From contig NC_092673.1 in the NCBI RefSeq assembly GCF_964355755.1, positions 18,721,648-18,785,647 on the forward strand: a DNA stretch of 64,000 nt. Direction: 5' to 3'. The notes under the pieces are model-generated. The model had not been told where the DNA came from, did no database searches, and saw only the letters and a program-made list of their open reading frames with translations. The position numbers and the translations under genes are program-made. Origin of the DNA: Antedon mediterranea (Eukaryota; Animalia; Echinodermata). Of this stretch, positions 11,735-23,346 are shown one piece after another. The first letter of the stretch is position 1, and the number at the start of each line of letters is the position of its first letter.

Positions 11735-12946
11735 ATGGCGTCATCTGAAAGGGGGCTAGCTGGAACCGAAGACATTCTACAACGAAGTCAATTACATGGC
11801 GATCATGATGATAACTCGATTGCTAATCATGGTGGTGCTGATGAAGATGATGACACCCAATTTGATCATCATGATTCCACTGGAAAAGGTCCAAATGATG
11901 TATTGATTAATGAACTTCTGTGCTTTATAGTCAATAACATGGGTAGTATGACATTTGATCGGTTACATGCTATTTGTATGGCCAATTTTCCAAATGATGA
12001 CATAAAGAAGGCCAAGGAGATGTTATGCGTCTGTGTAGGTGATCCTGAAAATGCGATTCATAAACCTCGACGCAAAGCTGATGGTATACTAAATGATGTG
12101 TTGGGCTATCTCATCCAATGTGACCTGTCTAAATTGCCTATTTTTGCTGCAGCAAACCTTAATAAAATACCGGTTGTGCCTGTGGATGCTATTGATGCCC
12201 CATTGATTTTCAGAGAACTACAAAGGTTGAGGACAGAATTCCATTGTGTTAAGGCCGACATAGCCTACGCTACTAACCAGCGATGTAAACTTGCTCAACA
12301 AGTGAGGGATGTTATGGATTCCCACAAAAAGTTAGCTGATCGTGATTTGCAACCTATTACAAACACTGTAAGTAACAAACTGTTTTCTAACGTAGTAGCA
12401 ACCAATACCGGCCCAGTTGCTAATAGTAAGAACAGCAACTCCGCTTCGGTAACACAGTTTGTGAAATCAGCTACCGTACCAGTATTGAAGAGGGGAATTA
12501 CCCGTCCAGAAGTAAACAAACATGACGTAATGACTCATGCGCGTAGGCAAGCTCCGCCTTCCAGTGATCCGGACGCTCGTGATTGGATGGATTGTGATGA
12601 CGGCTTTCAGTACCCAAGACGAAAACGCAAACGGGGTAATTTCAAGCGTGGAACCGGTGTTGATATTGCTTTAAAAGGTAGGGATCCCCCACCTTACAAG
12701 ATGTATGTAGGAAACCTGAGTCCTGATACTAAAGCGGACGAAATAAAATCGTATCTAAAAAGAGTAAAGAAAATTGACGTTACTGTGGAAGTGTTGCCTA
12801 GTAAGCGTTCTGACTATACTTCGTTTATGGTTGAATGCGGTTTTGCACATAAGAACTGTATTAATGAAGCGGAGCTCTGGCCTCAATCTGCTATAATCAG
12901 ACGGTATTATGAACCGATAAGGCAAACAATACATCATGATGGATAG
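11735..12946 (+). CDS. LINE ORF1 (coiled coil plus C-terminal RRM-like domain)
   Basis: 403-aa ORF from ATG 11735; KMYVGNLSPDTKADEIKSYL...YTSFMV...WPQSAIIRRY is RRM-like as in many LINE ORF1s. Confidence 0.85.
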   Translation: MASSERGLAGTEDILQRSQLHGDHDDNSIANHGGADEDDDTQFDHHDSTGKGPNDVLINELLCFIVNNMGSMTFDRLHAICMANFPNDDIKKAKEMLCVCVGDPENAIHKPRRKADGILNDVLGYLIQCDLSKLPIFAAANLNKIPVVPVDAIDAPLIFRELQRLRTEFHCVKADIAYATNQRCKLAQQVRDVMDSHKKLADRDLQPITNTVSNKLFSNVVATNTGPVANSKNSNSASVTQFVKSATVPVLKRGITRPEVNKHDVMTHARRQAPPSSDPDARDWMDCDDGFQYPRRKRKRGNFKRGTGVDIALKGRDPPPYKMYVGNLSPDTKADEIKSYLKRVKKIDVTVEVLPSKRSDYTSFMVECGFAHKNCINEAELWPQSAIIRRYYEPIRQTIHHDG

Positions 12947-15770
12947 TGAATCTAAAATTAATTGTAGTAAACTGAAATGTGTTTCTTTTAACTGTAGGTC
13001 ATTTAAATCTCGCAAAAACGAAATTTATGATCTTTGCATGAGTAATGATATTATTGCCATTCAGGAGCATTGGCTGCTTGATGACGAGTTACCTATATTA
13101 AAATCATTACATGAAGAGTTTGATTGTTTTGGGATATCGTCTGTTAAGAGTTCCGATGGCTTACTTGAAGGACGCCCCTATGGAGGCATTGCCATATTTT
13201 ATAGAAAATGTTTGCACGACTACATCAAAACAGTTAATTACAACGACAATAGGATTATTGGTTTGGAACTAGGAAGTGGTAATGATATTACACTCCTTAT
13301 CAATGTATATCTTCCTTATGAGTGCGATGAGCACTTCGCTGAATTTGTTGACTACCTGGGTACAATTCAATCTATAATTAGTGATTTCCATGGTGATAAA
13401 CTTATTGTATGTGGTGATTTTAATGCTGATCACAAAAAAAGATTTGGTGCTGAATTGTTAAATTTTACATCCGAGTGCGACTTAATTTTAACTGATTTAA
13501 ATCTATTAGGACAGCACTCTGATAACTTTACTTATATCAGTGATGCTTTTGCTACAACGAGTTGGCTTGATCATGTCCTGTCTACCAACGGAGCTAATGC
13601 TCGGATAAAAGAGCTTTCCATACGTTATGACATGATCGGTTCGGATCATTTTCCACTTTGCTTTGTTTATGATTTTTCTTTTGAAATTGAACATGAAAAA
13701 GATGACCAAAAGAATTATACAAGCAATATAAATTGGCAGAAGGTTACTCATCAGGAAATTTACAACTATCAGGAGCGTACTGAATTGCTGCTTAATGATG
13801 TTGTTATTCCTCCTTCAGTATGTTCATGCAATGATGTAAATTGTGGTGACACTAAACATTTTGATGATATTGATACTTTGTATAATAATATAATTTCTTG
13901 TCTTAATCAAGCTGCTAATCATTCATTTGTTTCGCATGAAAGTAAATCTTTTAACGTTGTTCCCGGTTGGAACGACTATGTTTCGGAAGCTCATGATATA
14001 GCTAGGGAAGCTTTCTTGTTGTGGAAATGTAATGGGAAACCTAGACATGGTCCTTTATTTGATACCATGAAAGTTGCTAGATCTCGTTTTAAACTGACTC
14101 TTCGGAACTGCAGACAGAATGAAGAGCAACTTCGAGCTGATAAGATTGCGAACTCTTATATTAATAACGATTTTAACAGTTTTTGGAATAACGTAAAGCG
14201 TATGAACAACTCATCTTCTGGTTCATCTAACATTATTAATGATGTTAGAGGGGATAATAATATATGTAAAACATGGGCTGATCATTATGAGAAGCTTTTC
14301 AATTGTGTTAACAATGATACTCATAGAATTTATGTTGAAAGACATCTTAATGAAATTAATGTATCTGCTTTTGATGATAAAATTTGTACTGATAGTAATA
14401 TATTGGATAGTATAAATAAGCTCAATAGTGGTAAATCCCCTGGGTTTGACGGGCTTAGTGCAGAGCATTTGAAGTATGCTTCAAAACATGTTATTACTTT
14501 ACTTAGTTTATGTTTTAATGCTATGTGTATCCACGGCCATGTCACTGATGAAATGGTACGAGTTGTACTGGTGCCTATAATTAAGAGTAAATCTGGTGAC
14601 ATTACGAGTATGGATAATTATAGGCCTATAGCTCTTTCTTCTGTTGTATCTAAGATATTTGAAACATTGTTAATCAATTATTGTGGAGATACCCTTAAGT
14701 CAGGGGATCACCAGTTTGCTTTTAAAAGTCAACACTCAACGGATACTTGTATCTTTGTTTTTAAGCAGATAGTAGATTACTATAATAGGAATGGGAGCCC
14801 CGTATTTACTTGTTTTCTCGACGCGAGTAAAGCGTTCGACCGAGTCAATCACTGGTCACTGTACAGGCAATTAATTATGAGAGAAACAAACATTATTGCT
14901 ATTAGACTTCTAAAATCTTGGTATGAGAATCAACGATTTTTTGTTAGATGGGGTAACTCTATGTCTTCAGGTTTTAAAGTTACCAATGGCGTTAGACAGG
15001 GTGGTGTTATGTCTCCTCTGTTATACAATGTTTACATTGACAATTTAAACAGTATGCTTAGTGATTGTAATTTTGGTTGTGAGCTCAATAATACAAAGTT
15101 CAACAACTTAAGTTATGCAGATGACATGGTCTTACTTGCGCCCTCTTTAGATGCCCTCCAAAAGATGGTTAACATATGTGAGGATTTTGCTAATGACTTT
15201 GATGTATTATATAATTCAAAAAAATCAATTTGCATGTGTTTTTGCCCTAGGAAAAGAAAACTGAATGGTAATTATGTTACTGTTCTATGTGGTAAAGAAC
15301 TAAATTACGTTCAATCCACTACCTACCTTGGTTGTGTTATCAGCAATGATACTAGGGACGAACTGGATATTAAAAGGCAATATCGATCATTATGTATTAG
15401 AGGTAACTCTCTTTGTAGAAAATTTAGTAAATGCTCAACAGATGTTAAGATTACTTTGTTTAAGTCATACTGTATTAGTATGTATTGTGCGGCCTTATGG
15501 TGCGATTTTAATGTAAAAACTATAAAGTCATTACAGGTCTGTTATAATAACGCACTTAGAAAGATTTTAAGACGCTCAAGGAGCTGTAGTGCTAGTGCTA
15601 TGTTTGTTGATAACCATGTTCCCTCTTTCTATGAGTACATTCGGAAATCAATTTTTTGTTTCAAAACAAAAATTGAAAAAAGCTGTAATACTTTAATTAC
15701 ATGTGTTTTTTCTCGTATTCTAAAAGATTCAAAGTTGCATAGAAAATGGACAGAACTTTTGTATATTTAA
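12936..15770 (+). CDS. LINE ORF2, apurinic endonuclease plus reverse transcriptase
   Basis: SFNCRS, IQEHWL, GDFNA, LDH, SDH (APE); YRPIAL, FLDASKAFD, GVRQGG, YADD, YLG (RT); intact 944 aa. Confidence 0.96.
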   Translation: MMDSESKINCSKLKCVSFNCRSFKSRKNEIYDLCMSNDIIAIQEHWLLDDELPILKSLHEEFDCFGISSVKSSDGLLEGRPYGGIAIFYRKCLHDYIKTVNYNDNRIIGLELGSGNDITLLINVYLPYECDEHFAEFVDYLGTIQSIISDFHGDKLIVCGDFNADHKKRFGAELLNFTSECDLILTDLNLLGQHSDNFTYISDAFATTSWLDHVLSTNGANARIKELSIRYDMIGSDHFPLCFVYDFSFEIEHEKDDQKNYTSNINWQKVTHQEIYNYQERTELLLNDVVIPPSVCSCNDVNCGDTKHFDDIDTLYNNIISCLNQAANHSFVSHESKSFNVVPGWNDYVSEAHDIAREAFLLWKCNGKPRHGPLFDTMKVARSRFKLTLRNCRQNEEQLRADKIANSYINNDFNSFWNNVKRMNNSSSGSSNIINDVRGDNNICKTWADHYEKLFNCVNNDTHRIYVERHLNEINVSAFDDKICTDSNILDSINKLNSGKSPGFDGLSAEHLKYASKHVITLLSLCFNAMCIHGHVTDEMVRVVLVPIIKSKSGDITSMDNYRPIALSSVVSKIFETLLINYCGDTLKSGDHQFAFKSQHSTDTCIFVFKQIVDYYNRNGSPVFTCFLDASKAFDRVNHWSLYRQLIMRETNIIAIRLLKSWYENQRFFVRWGNSMSSGFKVTNGVRQGGVMSPLLYNVYIDNLNSMLSDCNFGCELNNTKFNNLSYADDMVLLAPSLDALQKMVNICEDFANDFDVLYNSKKSICMCFCPRKRKLNGNYVTVLCGKELNYVQSTTYLGCVISNDTRDELDIKRQYRSLCIRGNSLCRKFSKCSTDVKITLFKSYCISMYCAALWCDFNVKTIKSLQVCYNNALRKILRRSRSCSASAMFVDNHVPSFYEYIRKSIFCFKTKIEKSCNTLITCVFSRILKDSKLHRKWTELLYI

Positions 15771-15889
15771 TCTCATGTATACTTTTACGTGTGTTAACTA
15801 GTATCAGTAAAGCCATAATATGTGTTGTTTTTGTAAACTTTATGTGTTTCATATGGACAGTTTGTCTGAAATAAAGTTGAATTGAATTG

Positions 15890-17342
15890 ATACCTCAGTG
15901 TATGTCGTGTGATATCACAATGCAGATTGTACACTAATAGTTGAATGAGCAGCCGTTTATTTGTCAATGTAATGTTAGCGTGTCATACCTCAGTGTATGT
16001 ATTGTAATACCACAATGCAGGTTGTACACTAATAGTTGAATGAGCAGCCGTTTATTTGTCAATGTAATGTTAGCGTGTCATACCTCAGTGTATGTATTGT
16101 AATACCACAATGCAGGTAGTACACTAATAGTTGAATGAGCAGCCGTTATTTGTTAATGTAATGTCAGCGTGTCATACCTCAGTGTATGTATTGTAATACC
16201 ACAATGCAGGTTGTACACTAATAGTTGAATGAGCAGCCGTTATTCGTTAATGTAATCTCAGCGTGTCATACCTCAGTGTATGTATTGTAATACCACAATG
16301 CAGGTACACTATAGTTAAATGAGCAACCGTTTATTTGTCAATGTAATGTTAGCGTGTCATACCTCAGTGTATGTATTGTAATACCACAATGCAGGTAGTA
16401 CACTATAGTTAAATGAGCAACCGTTTATTTGTCAATGTAATGTTAGCGTGTCATACCTCAGTGTATGTATTGTAATACCACAATGCAGGTTGTACACTAA
16501 TAGTTGAATGATCAGCCGTTTATTTGTCAATGTAGTGTTAGGGTGTCATACCTCAGTGTTTGTATTGTAATATCACAATGCAGGTTGTACACTAATAGTT
16601 GAATGATCAACCGTTTATTTGTCAATGTAACGTTAGCGTGTCATACCTCAGTGTATGCATAATACCACAATGCAGGTAGTATGCTATAGTCTATCTTGTA
16701 TGAGCAGCTATTTATTTGTCAATGTAGTGTTAGGGTGTCATACCTCAGTGTTTGTATTGTAATATCACAATGCAGGTTGTACACTAATAGTTGAATGATC
16801 AACCGTTTATTTGTCAATGTAACGTTAGCGTGTCATACCTCAGTGTATGCATAATACCACAATGCAGGTAGTATGCTATAGTCTATCTTGTATGAGCAGC
16901 CATTTATTTGTCAATGTAGTGTTAGGGTGTCATACCTCAGTGTATGTATTGTAATACCACAATGCAGGTAGTATGCTATAGTCTATCTTGTATGAGCAGC
17001 CATTTATTTGTCAATGTAGTGTTAGGGTGTCATACCTCAGTGTATGTATTGTAATATCACAATGCAAGTAGTATGCTATAGTCTATCTTGTATGAGTAGC
17101 CATTTATTTGTCAAATGTAGTGTTAGGGTGTCATACCTCAGTGTATGCATAATACCACAATGCAGGTAGTATGCTATAGTCTATCTTGTATGAGCAGCCA
17201 TTTATTTGTCAATGTAGTGTTAGCGTGTCATACCTCAGTGTATGCATAATACCACAATGCAGGTAGTATGCTATAGTCTATCTTGTATGAGCAGCCATTT
17301 ATTTGTCAATGTAGTGTTAGGGTGTCGTAGCTCAGTGTATGT
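15890..17342. repeat. About 93-100 bp minisatellite, right part (about 15 copies)
   Basis: Same unit as 10965-11437, resuming at atacctcagtg directly after the LINE tail. Confidence 0.93.
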
Positions 17343-18708
17343 ACAGATACAGTATTACTACTATACATATTTTATGCGATTATTTCTGACATGACAAGAT
17401 TAAAGCTTTGCTTAATACTGTTTTTTTTTTATTGGTTTCCATTTTATATTAATTTAGTATTTGTTTTTTTAAATGAAATTAAATAACATTAGCTATGTAT
17501 GTGTTTAATCGCCCTTAACATTATTTGGGAAATTGTTTTTAAATGAAAACAAACTACCGGCATAAAACGATAATGCAATTAAGAAGTCATTTTTTGTTTA
17601 CAACTTCAAAATTTCAATTTAGTATAAATGACCCACCATTTGTACCTATCTAGTGAGTAGCTCAACATTTAAATGACCCACCCTTTGTACCTATTTCATA
17701 GTGAGTAGCTCAACATTTAAAAGTTTATTTGGTTTAGATGCAGTTTATTTATTTGTTGTACATTACAGTGATGAAATATTATAATATAAAATGTGAATAA
17801 GATGATTTATTTTTGTATAAAGAACATTGTAATAATAAATATACAGTAATTTATATTTTGATTCATTTTATCAGTCATTGTGTTTTGTGTGTATAGCAAT
17901 ATAAAGGATTACTTGTGTTATAAATTGTCTGCTACATTAATTTTGTAACTGTAAAATACAGTCAACTCTCCCAACCCAAAACATTCATGAAAACTCTTAA
18001 CAAGAATATTTTAAAGACCAGAATTCCTTTCATTCTTTTATAAAATGCTTTTAAGAAATCATACTTTTTAGCTTTGATCAAGTGTGTTTGGCTTCTATAG
18101 AGAGCTCTATATCTTAATTGATATAATAGGTGTTACATTTGTCTTATTTTCAGCATTGAAGCTGCTTTTTGTTTTATCTACCATAGAACAAAAATATAAA
18201 AGAAATTAATTCAATTTTTCTTTTCTAATAAAATGCGTAAAAAGAATTAAAAAAATAAAATATAAAACTGGATATTATTCTTTATACAAATTTGTAAGGA
18301 AGGATTTAATTGGAAGAGGAAGAAGAGAAATGTAGTCCTAATAAAACTTATAGCAATATAATATTTTATCCATTTTACCATGGAGAAATATGATATTAAT
18401 TATTAACCGGAGTTTTTATGTTACCGCGATGTGGCCAATCGGGCCAATTACAGTAAATCATGGTAAATGTATTTTTTTTTTTTTTAACTCTTGCGTTTTA
18501 TATAAACATTGATTGCGCCCTCAATAAAGTTTAATTTCAACAACATACCACACAAACAAACTTTGACAACATGTATCTGAATAAAAAAAAGTAAGTAGGG
18601 CCTATTTATCTTATTATGGACTTAAAAGCCAACGGAATTCTTTAGAATGGCAGATAATATTCATTGATAGGCATTATTAAACCTATCTTACTCATATTAT
18701 GTTGGACT

Positions 18709-18885
18709 TGTAATGTATTGTATTCATGATCATGTAGAATAATGATACAGCGCCCTCTATCCGATGTGGATTCATGTATTTGTTGGTGAATAAAGCACTC
18801 CAGTACACACGGCAAAACGAGGTGTCCATTGTATTTATTTTCGTTAATGAATCACATAATATTAAACATAATATCGGACATTGCA
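18709..18885 (+). repeat. 5' LTR (177 bp)
   Basis: tgtaatg...cattgca; contains AATAAA at about 18789. Confidence 0.95.
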
Positions 18886-18899
18886 TGGTGTCAGAAGTG
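18886..18899 (+). promoter_or_regulatory. Primer binding site (tRNA-Leu-like)
   Basis: tggtgtcagaagtg directly after the LTR, complementary to a tRNA 3' CCA end. Confidence 0.8.
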
Positions 18900-18934
18900 C
18901 AGGAACTGTGAAGTAAGTACTGGTGACCACAAAT

Positions 18935-21900
18935 ATGGCGGAATTAACAGGAATTCCAATACCTACGATAGATTGGAAGGCACAGAATTTGCCGGAGGCA
19001 CTAAGAAAGTTCAAGCGCACAGTGACGCTGATCTTCGAGGGCCCACTGGCTGACAAGCCAGACAAAACCAAACTACGCTACCTCCTACTTTGGGTAGGCG
19101 AAACGGGACGTGACATTAAAGATTCTTGGAACCTGGCAGATGGGGACGAAACTCTGGATAAGCATTGGGAGAAATTTGAAGCATATGTCACCCCAAAATC
19201 AAACTTCCGGGTAGCACGATTTCAACTCCGAGCAATAAAACAGAAGGAAGGAGAAGCTATTGACAGTTTCATCACAAAAGCCAAAATCATACTGGCAGAC
19301 TGCGATTATACAAACAAGGAGGAACAGCTGCTAGACTGTATCATAGCCGGGGTTCACAATGAAACCACCAGAAGGAAACTCATCGCAAAGGACAAGAACA
19401 TGACGGTAGACCAAGCCCTGACCATGATCCGAGCACATGAGTGTACAACCCGTCAAATGAACGACATTCAAGAAGCCCAGTCCATGAAAAGCCAAGAGCA
19501 AACGGTCCACGAAATGAGATTCAAGAGGCATTATGAGAGACCACAAAAGCATGGACAATCGTTCCGAAATACAAACTCACACGGTAAGAATTTTCAAGCT
19601 GCTGAACCAATATACAATCACAACAAACATCCATCGCAGAGGTTTACCACTACAGGGAACCATAACAAATGTGGGCGGTGTGGTTATAACAACCACAAGG
19701 ATGGTGTCAGGTGTCCCGCAATTGATGCGCAATGCAACTCATGCAACCGCAAGGGACATTTCAGCCGGGCGTGCAGAACAAAGGGCATAGAGAAACAGAT
19801 GAAGGAACTCAGAGTGGAAAGCGACGAAGACGGCGACAATTGCGACCTGTTTGAAATGACAGAAATAACAATATCGGAATTAGAACGAGAGAGGGCCGCA
19901 AAAGGTTGGTTCCAGGAATGCCTGGTACAACATGGGTTTCCAGTATCCTTTAAAATAGATACTGGCTCTGAAGCCAATGTAATCTCATCTGATGTAATGT
20001 CTTTAATTGATGCTGAATTTCAGCGAAAATTGATAAAGAAACAGGATAGGTTAAAGGGATTTGGTGGCAAAATAGTCAAACCAATGGGCCAAATTCAAAT
20101 GCTTTTGAAAACTAAAGTATCAAAAGCAAATGTTGAGCAGATGCTAACATTCCAAATTATAAAGGGGCCTTGTTCGCCCATACTTAGTTTAGACTCATGT
20201 GAACAACTAGGCATAATTAAGCGGGTGGAATCCATTGAGAAAGAACAAGTAAATTATAATGCCAAAATCAAGTCACTACTAGAGGCAAACAAAGATTTGT
20301 TTGAAGGGTTGGGCTGTCTTAAGAACTGTGAATTCGACATTAAGGTAGACAAGTCTATACAGCCCAAGCAACTCCCACCACGTCAAATACCGCACAGAAT
20401 CAAAGATAAAGTTAAAGAGGAGTTAGAAAGAATGACCAAACTCGGGGTAATAGAGCGTGTTACTGAGCCCACAGAGTGGGTCAGCCAAATCACATCTGTT
20501 GCGAAGAAGAACGGTAAAGTTCGAATATGTTTAGATCCTAGAGAATTGAATAAAGCCATATTAAGACAACATTACCCAATGAAAACCGTGGAAGAGGTTG
20601 CCGCTACAATGCCAAACGCTAAAATCTTCTCAAAACTTGATGCCACATCAGGCTATTGGCAGCTCAAACTAACAAAAAAGGCGTCACTACTAACGTGTTT
20701 CAACACTCCTTGGGGCCGGTATAAATTTAACAGAGCCCCATTCGGAATAAACTCCATTGCGGAAGAATGGCAACGGGCAATGATAGAAGGTTTTGAAGGA
20801 GTACCTGTTAATATAATAGTCGATGATTTCTTAATTACTGCAAAAGATACCGAGCAACATTTCGAACGGCTCAAAGAGTTCTTAGACCGTGTGAGACAGA
20901 CAGGCCTAAAATTAAATCGAGATAAGTCAGAAATCAACCGAAGCGAAGTAGAATATGTGGGGCATCTAATCACCAGCGAAGGTTTAAAACCAAATCCAGA
21001 ACGAATTAGAGCCTTGAGAGACATGCCGAAGCCTGTAGATAAAGCGCAGCTCCAAACATTCTTAGGAATGATGACATATTTGGCAAAGTTTCTCCCTAAC
21101 ATGTCCAAAATGAGCGAGCCGCTCAGACTACTTCTTAAAAAGGGGAACGAATTTGATTGGAGTACTGCCCAAGAGCGAGCGTACAATGAGTTAATCATAG
21201 CTGCTACCACGGCTCCAGTGCTAAGGTATTACGATCCGACACTACCGATCACACTTGCCACAGATGCGAGCAACCACGGTTATGGGGCAGTCATCATGCA
21301 AATGAACCAACCAGTCGCATATGGTTCCAGGTGTTTAAATTCGGCCGAATTAAATTATGCACCAGTCGAGAAGGAGATTAACGCTATTGTATTTGGGTGC
21401 AATAAATTCCACCACTACGTATATGGTAGCACAGTGGTTGTAGAAACCGACCATAAGCCCTTAATTGGCATATTTGACAAGCCACTACACAAACTGAGCC
21501 CAAGAATTCAAAGAATGAGAATGGCACTATTAAGATACGACCTGAAACTAAAATGGGTGCCCGGTAAAGACAATGTAATCGCAGATACATTAAGTAGAGC
21601 AACCCTTAACGATAAACCAAAAGACAAAGAAGAAGACACGCCGTTAGTGTTAAGCATAATCTCGCAACTACCCATCTCTGATGAAAAGCTACAACAAGTC
21701 AAACTAATGACCAATAACGACGAAACACTCGCACAAGTAAAGACATTAATTCAAGGTGGTTGGCCGGAACACATTAAAACCCTAGCCAATGACTCGCCAG
21801 CAAGGCCATATTTTAAATACAGGAACGACCTCTCATGCTGCGATGATGTCATATTTAAAAATAATCAAATAGTTATTCCAAGAAAAATGCAAAAAGAGAT

Positions 21901-22990
21901 GCTAAAAAAGCTACATGCAAGCCACCAGGGTATGGTAAAATCTAAATCAAGGGCTAAAGGGATAATGTTCTGGCCAGGAATGAACGCCCAAATAGAAGAA
22001 ATCGTCTCACAGTGCGAAACATGCATGGAGATAAAACCACAAAGGCCAAAAGAGCCGATGATTCCACACGAGTTGCCAGATGCACCCTGGATTAAAATAG
22101 GAACAGATTTGTTTGAGATTCAGGGAAGGAACTATCTGATACTAACAGACTATTATTCGAAATTCCCTGAGATCATAGAAATACCAGATAAGACTGCAAG
22201 CTCAGTAATCAAAGCTACATTGGACGTCTTTGCAAGACAAGGTGGACCACAAATTATCATTAGTGATAACGGTCCATGTTACTCGAGTGAAGAATACTCG
22301 AACATGATGAAAGAATGGGGCATTAAGCATATTACAATCAGTCCAACCCACTCTCAATCCAATGGTCAAGCCGAAAACACTGTTAAAACTGTAAAAAACA
22401 TAATCAAGAAGTGCACTAAATCGAACGAATTGAGAAATACACCATTGGATGGAACATACGGATACAGTCCAAGCCAGCTACTAAATGGAAGACCTTTAAG
22501 GTCAAAGCTCCCCACTAAACCCGGACTGCTAAGACCACAATACATACCAAACGTATACAAGCAACTATGTGCTAGACAGGACAAACAAAAGTACTATTAT
22601 GATCAACATGCATCTAAGCCCATACCACCATTGAATGAAGGACAGAAGGTTAGATTTCAAAATGGAAACAAATGGGAGTATGGTACCATGACTAAGAGTC
22701 TTGAACAACCACGTAGTATGTTGGTAGAAAGCAGCAGAGGAAGAAAATTCAAAAGAAATAGCAAGCACATTTCTCCAACAAAAGAAAAAAGTGAACCGTT
22801 AGATAGCAGTAAGATTAGTAGTGATGTTGAGGATGAGCCTACTGAAGGCCCAAATACCACTGAGGTCACACCACACCAACACAGTATAAAAACACATAAT
22901 CAGAAGTATGACTCTGTGCCAGCGCGATCTAATGTAGTAATAACAAGGAGTGGGCGTGAGTCCAAGCCAGCTAAAAGACTAGATATATAA
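18935..22990 (+). CDS. Gag-Pol polyprotein (Zn knuckles, protease, RT, RNase H, integrase)
   Basis: Double CCHC knuckle CGRCG...H...CPA...CNSC...H...C, IDTGS, LDATSGYWQ, IVDD, TDAS, ETDHKPL, H...H...C..C, GTDLF / SDNG / E. Confidence 0.96.
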   Translation: MAELTGIPIPTIDWKAQNLPEALRKFKRTVTLIFEGPLADKPDKTKLRYLLLWVGETGRDIKDSWNLADGDETLDKHWEKFEAYVTPKSNFRVARFQLRAIKQKEGEAIDSFITKAKIILADCDYTNKEEQLLDCIIAGVHNETTRRKLIAKDKNMTVDQALTMIRAHECTTRQMNDIQEAQSMKSQEQTVHEMRFKRHYERPQKHGQSFRNTNSHGKNFQAAEPIYNHNKHPSQRFTTTGNHNKCGRCGYNNHKDGVRCPAIDAQCNSCNRKGHFSRACRTKGIEKQMKELRVESDEDGDNCDLFEMTEITISELERERAAKGWFQECLVQHGFPVSFKIDTGSEANVISSDVMSLIDAEFQRKLIKKQDRLKGFGGKIVKPMGQIQMLLKTKVSKANVEQMLTFQIIKGPCSPILSLDSCEQLGIIKRVESIEKEQVNYNAKIKSLLEANKDLFEGLGCLKNCEFDIKVDKSIQPKQLPPRQIPHRIKDKVKEELERMTKLGVIERVTEPTEWVSQITSVAKKNGKVRICLDPRELNKAILRQHYPMKTVEEVAATMPNAKIFSKLDATSGYWQLKLTKKASLLTCFNTPWGRYKFNRAPFGINSIAEEWQRAMIEGFEGVPVNIIVDDFLITAKDTEQHFERLKEFLDRVRQTGLKLNRDKSEINRSEVEYVGHLITSEGLKPNPERIRALRDMPKPVDKAQLQTFLGMMTYLAKFLPNMSKMSEPLRLLLKKGNEFDWSTAQERAYNELIIAATTAPVLRYYDPTLPITLATDASNHGYGAVIMQMNQPVAYGSRCLNSAELNYAPVEKEINAIVFGCNKFHHYVYGSTVVVETDHKPLIGIFDKPLHKLSPRIQRMRMALLRYDLKLKWVPGKDNVIADTLSRATLNDKPKDKEEDTPLVLSIISQLPISDEKLQQVKLMTNNDETLAQVKTLIQGGWPEHIKTLANDSPARPYFKYRNDLSCCDDVIFKNNQIVIPRKMQKEMLKKLHASHQGMVKSKSRAKGIMFWPGMNAQIEEIVSQCETCMEIKPQRPKEPMIPHELPDAPWIKIGTDLFEIQGRNYLILTDYYSKFPEIIEIPDKTASSVIKATLDVFARQGGPQIIISDNGPCYSSEEYSNMMKEWGIKHITISPTHSQSNGQAENTVKTVKNIIKKCTKSNELRNTPLDGTYGYSPSQLLNGRPLRSKLPTKPGLLRPQYIPNVYKQLCARQDKQKYYYDQHASKPIPPLNEGQKVRFQNGNKWEYGTMTKSLEQPRSMLVESSRGRKFKRNSKHISPTKEKSEPLDSSKISSDVEDEPTEGPNTTEVTPHQHSIKTHNQKYDSVPARSNVVITRSGRESKPAKRLDI

Positions 22991-23179
22991 GTAAAGCGCA
23001 TTGAGAAAGCAAGTAGAAAGTAGTATCTTAAGTAGCGATTGTTAAAATGTAAATAAAAGAAAATGCCACAATGCAATAACTCATATTGAACATCTTTTCA
23101 AAATGTCAGTTTATCACAAACTACTGTATGTACAAACTAATTTAAAAAAAAAAATAAATAAATATATTAAAAAGGGGCA

Positions 23180-23346
23180 TGTAATGTATTGTATTCATGA
23201 TCATGTAGAATAATGATACAGCGCCCTCTATCCGATGTGGATTCATGTATTTGTTGGTGAATAGTACACACGGCAAAACGAGGTGTCCATTGTATTTATT
23301 TTCGTTAATGAATCACATAATATTAAACATAATATCGGACATTGCA
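23180..23346 (+). repeat. 3' LTR (167 bp)
   Basis: Identical to the 5' LTR except for a 10-bp deletion across AATAAA. Confidence 0.95.

Larger units (their letters stand above)
11438..15890 (+). mobile_element. Full-length non-LTR retrotransposon (two ORFs, APE-RT; Proto2/RTEX-like, clade tentative)
   Basis: 5' UTR, overlapping ORF1 and ORF2, AATAAA then a (TTGAA)n tail; interrupts one minisatellite unit. Confidence 0.92.
18709..23346 (+). mobile_element. Ty3/Gypsy LTR retrotransposon, Mag/SURL-like, full length
   Basis: TG...CA LTRs 18709-18885 and 23180-23346, 4-bp TSD GACT, PBS tggtgtcagaagtg, PPT aaaaagggg before the 3' LTR, single gag-pol ORF. Confidence 0.97.

Noticed and set aside
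19331-22869. Antisense ORFs within the Gypsy element (and likewise in the LINEs)
   Set aside because: Shadow ORFs of the long sense frames, with no recognisable motifs.
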